A stretch of 64,000 nt of DNA from an uncultured Actinomycetes bacterium (GTDB lineage Bacteria > Actinomycetota > Thermoleophilia > Gaiellales > Gaiellaceae). The notes below the pieces were generated by a model. That model was not told where the DNA came from. It saw only the letters and a list, made by a program, of their open reading frames with translations, and searched no databases. This document shows positions 57,172 through 64,000 of the stretch, piece by piece. The DNA lies in NCBI GenBank assembly GCA_963821335.1, contig CAWGDJ010000002.1, positions 517,442 to 581,441 of the forward strand, in the 5' to 3' direction. Each line of letters opens with the position of its first letter. Positions within the stretch are counted from its first letter, which is position 1. The position numbers and the translations under genes are program-made.

Positions 57172-58133
57172 GCCGCCTCCGCCCTCCGGGGCGCCGCCAG
57201 CTGCGCACCGATCACCGAGCCGACGATGAGCATGCCGCCGTAGGCGACTTGGAGCCAGTACGCGTCCACGTGGAGCGCGCTGAGGAGGTTCTGCACGAGG
57301 AAGATCGCAGCCGCTCCCACGATCGCGCCGAGAAGACCGCCACGTCCGCCGCCGATCGGCGTGCCACCGAGCGCCACAGCCGCGAGCGCGATCAGCACGT
57401 ACTCGAGCCCTGCGTTTCCGTCCGAGGACTGCAGCAGCGTCGCGATGGCGATGCCCGCGACGGCGGCGAAGAGCCCTCCGAGGGCATACGCCACGATCCG
57501 CACCCGTGTGACGTCGACACCGGAGGAGTACGCGGTTGCGTCGTTGCCGCCGACGGCGAGCAGCACCCGGTGGTACGGGATTCGCTGCAGGAGCAGCCAG
57601 GCGATCACAGGACCTGCGATCAGCACGAGCCCGCCCGGGATCGGGCCGAACCCCTCGGCGAGGTGCTGCGTCCAGCTCGGCGGCGACGCCGTCGGCGCGC
57701 CCGCGATCTTCTGATTGATCCCCTGGAGGACGAACAGCATGCAGAGCGTGGCGATCACCGGCTGATACCTGAGCACCGCGACCGAGGTTCCGTTGACGGC
57801 GCCGATCGCGGTGCCGAGCGCGAGCACGACCGGGATCGCGACCCAGGCGCTTCCCCAGTTGCCGTGAGGAAGCAGATAGAGAACGAGCACGTTGCTGACG
57901 AGCCCGGCGTTGAGGCCGACCGACATGTCGATACCGCCCCCGCCGCTCAGAATCGCGGGAGTCGCCGCCATCGCGACGAGCGCGAACGGGGCGAACAACA
58001 TGAGATTGGTGTCGAAGTTGTCCGGGCTGCCGAAGCTCGGCAGCACGATGATGTTGGCCACGAGGAGCACGCCCGAGAGGAGCAACGCGAACGCGAAGCT
58101 CCGCGTGCGGAGGAACCGTCGTAGCTCAGACAC
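57168..58133 (-). CDS. Sugar-type (CUT2) ABC permease
   Basis: GGIDMSVG, AVGGN, AAVALGGT. Confidence 0.88.
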   Translation of the reverse strand: MSELRRFLRTRSFAFALLLSGVLLVANIIVLPSFGSPDNFDTNLMLFAPFALVAMAATPAILSGGGGIDMSVGLNAGLVSNVLVLYLLPHGNWGSAWVAIPVVLALGTAIGAVNGTSVAVLRYQPVIATLCMLFVLQGINQKIAGAPTASPPSWTQHLAEGFGPIPGGLVLIAGPVIAWLLLQRIPYHRVLLAVGGNDATAYSSGVDVTRVRIVAYALGGLFAAVAGIAIATLLQSSDGNAGLEYVLIALAAVALGGTPIGGGRGGLLGAIVGAAAIFLVQNLLSALHVDAYWLQVAYGGMLIVGSVIGAQLAAPRRAEAA

Positions 58134-59679
58134 CGGCAGCCTGCTCCTGCCCGAAGTAGCTTGCGACGAGCGTTGCCCGGGTGAGCGCCGCGCGCTCGAG
58201 CTCGACCTCCAGCTCGCCCTCCTTGAAGACCAGCACCCGGTCCATCAGCTCGATCAGCTCGTCGACCTCGGTCGACAGCATCACGACCGCGATGCCCTCG
58301 GCGGTGAGCTCGGCGAGCAGGTCGTAGATGTCGCGCTTCGCTCCGAGGTCGACACCCCGGGTCGGATCGTTCAGGAGGAGGATCCGTGGCTCGGCAGCGA
58401 GCCAGCGAGCGATCACGACCTTCTGCTGGTTCCCGCCGGAGAGCGTCATGATCCCGTCGCTCGAGCGTCCCAGCTTGATGCGGAGCAGGTCGACGTAGCG
58501 CGCCAGCCGCCGCTCGCTCGAGCCCGGTCGCAGGAGGCCCGCGACGATGTCGCGGCCGACGGTCGGGAGAGCGAAGTTCTCACGGATCGACAACACGGCG
58601 AACAGCGCCTCATCGCGTCGCTCGCGTGGGACGTAGGCGATCCCCGCCCGCGCTGCCTCGCTCGGGGAGCCGACCTCGAGCTCGCGTCCCTCCACGTGCC
58701 TGACGACCGAGCCGCTCCGACCGGCGCCCCGGAGCGCGTGCAGGAACGCATCCTGACCCTGGCCCTCGAGGCCTGCCAGGCCGACGATCTCGCCCGCGCG
58801 GAGCTCGAAGTCGATGGGAGCGCCACCGGGTCGGAGTCGAACCCCGCTCGCGCGGAGGACGACGTCGTCGGGACGCGCACGGCTTGCGTGCGTGTGCCCC
58901 GTGTCCGTCAGGTGCTCGGCTCCCGTCATGAGCCGCACGAGCTCCGCGGCGGACACCTCGCCACGCCATGTCGTGGCGACGGTCTCGCCCGACCGCATCA
59001 CCGTGACGCGGTCGCCGATCTCCGACACCTCGTCCATCCGGTGGGAGATGAAGATCGTGCTCGTGCCCTCGGCCGACAGACGGCGCACGATCTCGAACAG
59101 CCGGTCGCGAGTTGCGACGTCGAGAGCCGACGTCGCCTCGTCGAGGATCAGGATCCGCGGCCGCCGGATCAGCGCACGCGCGATACAGCACGCCTGCCGA
59201 TCGCTGAGCGAGAGCTCCTCCACCGGCCGCCCGAGATCCGGCTCGTTACCGGTGAGCTCGGTGAGCGTCTGCGCCGCGCGCGCGACGCGCTCCTCCCCGG
59301 GCACGGCATCACGGAGGAGCGGATCGATCCCGAGCCAGAGATTGTCGAGGATCGAGCGCGGCGGCACGACGAGCACCTCCTGGAAGACGGCCACGATCCC
59401 GAGGCCGAGCGCCTCACGCGGCGAGCGGATCGCGGTGAGCTCGCGCCCGCCGACCTCGATGGTGCCGCTGTCCGGTCGGTGAACGCCGGTGAGCATCTTC
59501 ACGAGCGTGCTCTTGCCCGAGCCGTTCTCGCCCATGATCGCGTGAACCTCGCCGAGTCGCAGGTCGAAGGTGCACGACCGCACCGCCTGCGTGGGGCCGA
59601 AGGCCTTCGCTAGGTCCGCGGTCCGGAGAGCGTGAGGACCGGCAGCGTCATCGGCGGGGAGGGAGTAGGGGTTGCTCAC
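58126..59679 (-). CDS. Sugar-type ABC ATPase (RbsA-like, two domains)
   Basis: GENGSGKST, LSGGNQQK, PTRGVDLGAK. Confidence 0.92.
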   Translation of the reverse strand: MSNPYSLPADDAAGPHALRTADLAKAFGPTQAVRSCTFDLRLGEVHAIMGENGSGKSTLVKMLTGVHRPDSGTIEVGGRELTAIRSPREALGLGIVAVFQEVLVVPPRSILDNLWLGIDPLLRDAVPGEERVARAAQTLTELTGNEPDLGRPVEELSLSDRQACCIARALIRRPRILILDEATSALDVATRDRLFEIVRRLSAEGTSTIFISHRMDEVSEIGDRVTVMRSGETVATTWRGEVSAAELVRLMTGAEHLTDTGHTHASRARPDDVVLRASGVRLRPGGAPIDFELRAGEIVGLAGLEGQGQDAFLHALRGAGRSGSVVRHVEGRELEVGSPSEAARAGIAYVPRERRDEALFAVLSIRENFALPTVGRDIVAGLLRPGSSERRLARYVDLLRIKLGRSSDGIMTLSGGNQQKVVIARWLAAEPRILLLNDPTRGVDLGAKRDIYDLLAELTAEGIAVVMLSTEVDELIELMDRVLVFKEGELEVELERAALTRATLVASYFGQEQAAGV

Positions 59680-59696
59680 GGCTCCTCCGGAAGCGC

Positions 59697-59732
59697 CGTG
59701 GCCCGTGCCCCTCGAAGGAGGCACGGGCCACG
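59697..59732. terminator. Stem-loop after the binding-protein gene (mRNA stabiliser or partial terminator)
   Basis: CGTGGCCCGTGCC-N10-GGCACGGGCCACG, a 13-bp stem. Confidence 0.6.
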
Positions 59733-59745
59733 AGCTCGTGTGGCG

Positions 59746-61005
59746 CTAGAACCCCTTCGCTTTGCGCTCGGGGTGCGTGAACAGGGAATCGAGCTCGCGC
59801 TCGCTGTAGTGCGTCGAGCGCGGCTGCTCCACCGTGCCCGGCGTCTCGAGCGTCCAACCGGGCTTGACGAACTGCTTGTAGTTCGCCGGCGTGATCTGCG
59901 GCTGCGTCCACGGAATGTCGGACACCTTCGGGCCCTGCCCCGCGAGCATCCGCAGCGTGACGCGCACCATCAGATTGGTGATGGCGGTCGGCCCACCGGC
60001 GAAGCCCGTCGTCGTGTAGCCCTTGCCCGCGTTGTCGTTCCAGTACGCGAGGTCGCCCTTCTGGGCGGCCGATGCCTGGACGGAGGGCACCGTGCGACCC
60101 GCCTGCTGGAACGCGCCGATGATCGACGGCCCCATCACGGCAGTCTGGAACACCGCGTCGATCGAGCCGGGGTAGGTCGCGAGGAACTGCAGCACCGCGG
60201 CACGGACGGCCGGCGGCGCGAAGTTCCCGTCGATCTCGCCGACGAGCTTCACGTTCGGGCACGCAGCGAGCAGGCCGTTGAAGATCGCCCAGGTCGACTT
60301 GTCGACCGGGGTCACGCGGATGCCGTGCACGCCGACGAAGTTGCCCTTGCCGCCCTTCAGCTTGAGCAGGTTCGCAAGCGACTGACCGGATGACGTGTAG
60401 ACGTTCGGCCCGATGCTGACGGCGGCCGCGTCGGACAGCGGGTTGATGTACGCGACCGTCGCGACGCCCTGCTTCAGCGCGTCCTTGACGACGGGGAGGA
60501 ACGCCGGGCCCGAGCTCGGCTGCACGATGATCAGGTCGGCTCCCTGCTGGACGAGCGACTGGTAGTTCTGGATCTCCTTCGTCGGGTTCCCCGCCTCCGA
60601 GACGACGGCGATCACCTTGTCGACGGCGGGCGAGCGCTTGAGGAACTTCTGGAGCGAGTTGAACACGTAGGCCTGGAAGGGGTTCGAGAGGCCGTCGAAC
60701 AGGATCCCGACCGTGTACGGCCCGTTCCCCTTCGGCTTCCAGGTCGCAAGCTGGCTCTTGAACAGCGGGAACGGCCAGCCGTTGTAGTACGTCTTCACCT
60801 TTGCGGTGGTCCCCGTCAGGGCCTTCTGCGGGTCCTTCGGGGCAACGGGCGGCAGCACGCCGCAGGCGGCCGCTGCCGTCCGCGTCGTCGCAGACGAGCC
60901 CGCACCTGCCGTCCCGAGCGCAGCGGCGACGGCGACGGCAAGCACGAGCACGCCGCCGAGTACGAGTGTGCGCCGGAGCGGTCCGGCACCACGGTCACGC
61001 AACAT
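59746..61005 (-). CDS. Sugar-type ABC substrate-binding protein
   Basis: Signal peptide, KGNGPYTVG, SNPF, QGADLIIVQP; AAGGAGG RBS. Confidence 0.85.
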   Translation of the reverse strand: MLRDRGAGPLRRTLVLGGVLVLAVAVAAALGTAGAGSSATTRTAAAACGVLPPVAPKDPQKALTGTTAKVKTYYNGWPFPLFKSQLATWKPKGNGPYTVGILFDGLSNPFQAYVFNSLQKFLKRSPAVDKVIAVVSEAGNPTKEIQNYQSLVQQGADLIIVQPSSGPAFLPVVKDALKQGVATVAYINPLSDAAAVSIGPNVYTSSGQSLANLLKLKGGKGNFVGVHGIRVTPVDKSTWAIFNGLLAACPNVKLVGEIDGNFAPPAVRAAVLQFLATYPGSIDAVFQTAVMGPSIIGAFQQAGRTVPSVQASAAQKGDLAYWNDNAGKGYTTTGFAGGPTAITNLMVRVTLRMLAGQGPKVSDIPWTQPQITPANYKQFVKPGWTLETPGTVEQPRSTHYSERELDSLFTHPERKAKGF

Positions 61006-61858
61006 GCAGTCCTCCTTCGCGGATGGTTTCCGCCTCGCTTCCTGAATGAGACGTTCGCCGGGGGTCATGAGTGAGTGATCCCGGGTCGGCGCCGGTGGCC
61101 ACCCGGAGCGCATCGGAGAGCGATTTCGCCCCGCCGTGGGCGGTGAAGCCGCCGTCGACCGGGATCTCGGCGCCGCTCAGATACGACGACTCGTCGGAGA
61201 CGAGGAACACGACGAGTGGCGCGACGTCCTCGGGCCGCCCTGCCCGACCGAGCGGCGTCTCGGCGAGCTGGGCCGCGAGGAATGCCCGGGGCGCCGTCGC
61301 CGTCATCGGCGTCTCGATGTAGCCCGGGTGGATCGCGTTGACCCGGATCCCGCGGCCCCCGAGCTCCAGGCTTGCAACGTGCGTGAGCCCTCGGAGACCC
61401 CACTTGCTCACCGTGTAGGCGACGGGATAGTGGCCGGTGAGCGAGGCGACCGAGCCGATGTTGACGATGGACGCGCCGCGGGGCATGAGCGGCAGCAGGG
61501 CCTGGATCCCGAGCAGTGCTCCGGTGAGGTTGACGCCGAGCACCCGGTTCCAGTCCTCGACGCGGATCTCTCCGATCCGCTCTCGGAACGTGATCCCCGC
61601 GTTGTTGACGAGGGCATCGACCCGGCCGTGCTCGTCCCGTATCCAGGCTGTGAGCGATTCCCAGTCGTCCTGGCGCGACACGTCGAGCCGGCGATAGGTA
61701 TACGTGCCCGTTCCCTGCGGAGCCGCTGGCGTTTCCTCGTGGACGTCGGTCGCGACGACGTGCGCTCCCTCTCGCACGAGCCACGCAGCCTCTTCGAGCC
61801 CCTGTCCGCCGGCTGCGCCGGTGAGGACGACGACCTTACCCGCGGTGCGACCGCTCAC
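60995..61858 (-). CDS. SDR oxidoreductase (3alpha,20beta-HSD-like)
   Basis: TGAAGGQG, NNAGI, YTVSKWG, NAIHPG. Confidence 0.87.
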   Translation of the reverse strand: MSGRTAGKVVVLTGAAGGQGLEEAAWLVREGAHVVATDVHEETPAAPQGTGTYTYRRLDVSRQDDWESLTAWIRDEHGRVDALVNNAGITFRERIGEIRVEDWNRVLGVNLTGALLGIQALLPLMPRGASIVNIGSVASLTGHYPVAYTVSKWGLRGLTHVASLELGGRGIRVNAIHPGYIETPMTATAPRAFLAAQLAETPLGRAGRPEDVAPLVVFLVSDESSYLSGAEIPVDGGFTAHGGAKSLSDALRVATGADPGSLTHDPRRTSHSGSEAETIREGGLHVA

Positions 61859-62829
61859 GCGGCTGCCTCCACGATGATCTCCCGTCGGCACACGTTGCGC
61901 TGGCGCCCGAGCCCGGTGATCTCCGCTTCGAGCACGTCGCCCTCCGTGAGGAAGCGGCCGTAGTGCGTGCCGTTGCCTGCCGGCGAGCCGGTCAGGAGCA
62001 GGTCGCCCGGCAGCAGCTCGACGACCGACGATGCGTAGCTGACGAGCTGCGCGACGTCGAAGATCATGTCGGCCGTCGACTCGTCCTGCATCACGTCGCC
62101 GTTCAGCGACAGCCGGATGTGGAGGTCCTGCGGATCGGCGACGAACTGTCGCGGAACGAGGTACGGGCCCGTCGGGAGGAATGTCGGTGCGTTCTTGCAC
62201 CGGACCCAGTCGGAGCCGATCACCTTCAGGTCGTGGCGTGCGAACAGGTCACGCGTCGTCAGGTCGTTGCAGATCGTGTACCCCGCCACCCACTCGAGCG
62301 CCCGCTCGCGGGGCACGTGGCGCCCGCGGCGGCCGATGACGCAGGCGAGCTCGAGCTCCCAGTCGTGCTGCTCGCCCCTGACCGGGAGGATCACATCGTC
62401 GTAGGCACCGCAGAGCGCCGACACAGCGCCCTGGAAGATGTACGGCTCCCCGCTCTCGGCCCGCTCGAGCATGAGCTGCTCGGTTTCCGCGCGGAGCTCC
62501 TCGAGCGTCTGTCCCTCCTTCAGCCCGATCCGGTTGTCGACCGCGAGCTCGACGACGTGCCGGTGGTAGTTCGCGCCGCTCTGGAGGATCTGCCGCGGCT
62601 CGACGGGCGGCAGCACGCGCAGCTCGTCGAGCGCATGCTCGCCGCTCCCGGTCGCGGCGAGCTCGGCGATGCGCGGCTCGCATTCGTCCCAGGCCTCGAG
62701 CGCCGCCCGCGTCGTCGGGACGAGGTCGGACACGTCGTGCACACGGTCGCCTGGGAGCACGAGCCCCGGGAACGCGCGGCCGTCGAGCGCGAAGGTGCCC
62801 AGGGCGAACTGTCCGGCGGTGAGGCCCAT
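61855..62829 (-). CDS. Fumarylacetoacetate hydrolase family protein
   Basis: GANY, DWELEL, YTICNDLT, KNAPTFLPTGP, GDLLLTGSPAG. Confidence 0.88.
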   Translation of the reverse strand: MGLTAGQFALGTFALDGRAFPGLVLPGDRVHDVSDLVPTTRAALEAWDECEPRIAELAATGSGEHALDELRVLPPVEPRQILQSGANYHRHVVELAVDNRIGLKEGQTLEELRAETEQLMLERAESGEPYIFQGAVSALCGAYDDVILPVRGEQHDWELELACVIGRRGRHVPRERALEWVAGYTICNDLTTRDLFARHDLKVIGSDWVRCKNAPTFLPTGPYLVPRQFVADPQDLHIRLSLNGDVMQDESTADMIFDVAQLVSYASSVVELLPGDLLLTGSPAGNGTHYGRFLTEGDVLEAEITGLGRQRNVCRREIIVEAAA

Positions 62830-62831
62830 GC

Positions 62832-63965
62832 TCAGATCGGTGCGGCTGTCGCGTGGTGGGACTGCATCGTCAGGCCGACGAAGTCGGCCTCGGGCGGTTG
62901 AGTGTGATCGATCTCCCACTGCCCGATCTGGCGCGAGATCCTCCAGATCAGGTGGCAGCGCTCGTAGCGGCGCTCCATGAACCGGGCGAGGGCGTCGTCG
63001 AGCGCCCCGTCCGCGGTGAGCTCTTCGGCGAGGACGAGGGCGTCCTCGATCGCCATGGCGGCGCCCTGTCCGACGTGCGGCGACGTGGCGTGCGCAGCGT
63101 CGCCGATGATCGCCACGCGACCGCGATACCACGGTGCCGGCACGAGCAGCGACTCGACCGGGCGATAGACGACGGAGACGTCGTCGACGATCTCCCTGTC
63201 GCGGACCTCGGCGACCGGCCCACCGAACTCCCCGAGTCGCTCACGCATGGTCGCCGCGAGACGGTCTGCGGGAACCGGCACGTCGGCCAGCGCGACGTTC
63301 TCGATCAGGAGGACGTACATCAGGTCGGGCGCCAGCGGCACGAAGCCCGCCTTGCCGTTCGTCCCGACGAACATGTGCAGCCAGTCGAGGTCGGCCGGGC
63401 GTGGCACGTTGTAGCGCCAGACGACCTGGCCCGTGTACTCGGGCGTCGGCGCCCCCTCGAACACGAGCCGTCGGACGAGTGAGTTCAGTCCGTCGGCGCC
63501 GACCACGAAGTCGTAGCGGCCGGTCGAGTCGTCGGTGAAGACGACGTCGACCCCGTCGCCGTCCTGTGTGAGCGAGTCGACGGTCAGGCCGAGGCGGATC
63601 GATGCGCCGGACGCCTTCACGGCCTCCTGGAAGATCGCGTGAAGGCGCGGCCGGGTGATCCCGTTCATCGGCGGATACTGCGGGCCGAGCAACGGCTCGG
63701 CCGGGATCTCCGCGATCAGGTGGCCGTCCTTGGTGAAGAAGCGCGAGCCGACCATCTTGAAGCCCTGTGCAACGGCTGTGTCGGCGAGGCCGAGCGCGTC
63801 GAGGGCGCGGATCGCGTTCGCCGGCTGGATGATCCCGACGCCGTAGACGTCCCACTTCGGGTTGAGCTCGACGAGATCGACCTCGACTCCCGCCTTCCGC
63901 AGCGCAACCGTGCTCGACAGGCCTCCGATGCCGCCACCGACGACGAGGACGCGCTCGACGCCCAT
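62832..63965 (-). CDS. FAD-dependent monooxygenase (FdeE-like)
   Basis: VVGGGIGGL, VYGVGIIQP, ITRPRLH, VGADG, IGDAAHATSPHVGQGAAMAIEDA. Confidence 0.85.
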   Translation of the reverse strand: MGVERVLVVGGGIGGLSSTVALRKAGVEVDLVELNPKWDVYGVGIIQPANAIRALDALGLADTAVAQGFKMVGSRFFTKDGHLIAEIPAEPLLGPQYPPMNGITRPRLHAIFQEAVKASGASIRLGLTVDSLTQDGDGVDVVFTDDSTGRYDFVVGADGLNSLVRRLVFEGAPTPEYTGQVVWRYNVPRPADLDWLHMFVGTNGKAGFVPLAPDLMYVLLIENVALADVPVPADRLAATMRERLGEFGGPVAEVRDREIVDDVSVVYRPVESLLVPAPWYRGRVAIIGDAAHATSPHVGQGAAMAIEDALVLAEELTADGALDDALARFMERRYERCHLIWRISRQIGQWEIDHTQPPEADFVGLTMQSHHATAAPI

Positions 63966-64000
63966 CAGTTGAAGAGACCCGTGGCGGCCTTCGTCTCCTC
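63965..64000 (-). CDS. C-terminus of an upstream gene that extends beyond the window
   Basis: Reads EETKAATGLFN*, with its TGA overlapping the next ATG. Confidence 0.45.
   Translation of the reverse strand, partial: EETKAATGLFN

Noticed and set aside
1-64000. Prophage, transposase, integrase, defence system, rRNA or tRNA
   Set aside because: No recognisable motifs. Coding space is accounted for by metabolic, transport and regulatory genes.

Overview
A very GC-rich, actinobacterial-looking window (possibly Thermoleophilia/Gaiellales, an inference). Almost all of it is one aromatic-catabolism supercluster of about 64 CDS, and it runs off both edges. Modules from left to right: pcaIJHG beta-ketoadipate genes; a couNMO-like CoA-dependent side-chain cassette; a GMC oxidoreductase pair followed by a VOC extradiol dioxygenase, DUF6282, galB and galC (a probable non-canonical gallate pathway); IclR plus an acetoacetate-CoA ligase-like gene, divergent from ligM; two E1 alpha/beta pairs without E2/E3, separated by a 3x114-bp structured tandem repeat; an LDH/MDH-fold dehydrogenase divergent from mdlC; three ABC importers; an hpa operon with embedded styA, SnoaL and GMC genes; a single-barrel MetE-like gene divergent from amidohydrolase, O-methyltransferase and cupin genes; and a long minus-strand operon with an FdeE-like monooxygenase, a PhlG-like hydrolase and MhpA-like, VOC and ThDP enzymes (candidate flavonoid/polyphenol pathway). 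A shared operator-promoter motif recurs at four distant sites. Frameshifts cluster at 33.7-42.2 kb and are probably sequencing indels. I saw no rRNA, tRNA, CRISPR, transposase or integrase. All family calls come from motif recognition, not database searches.
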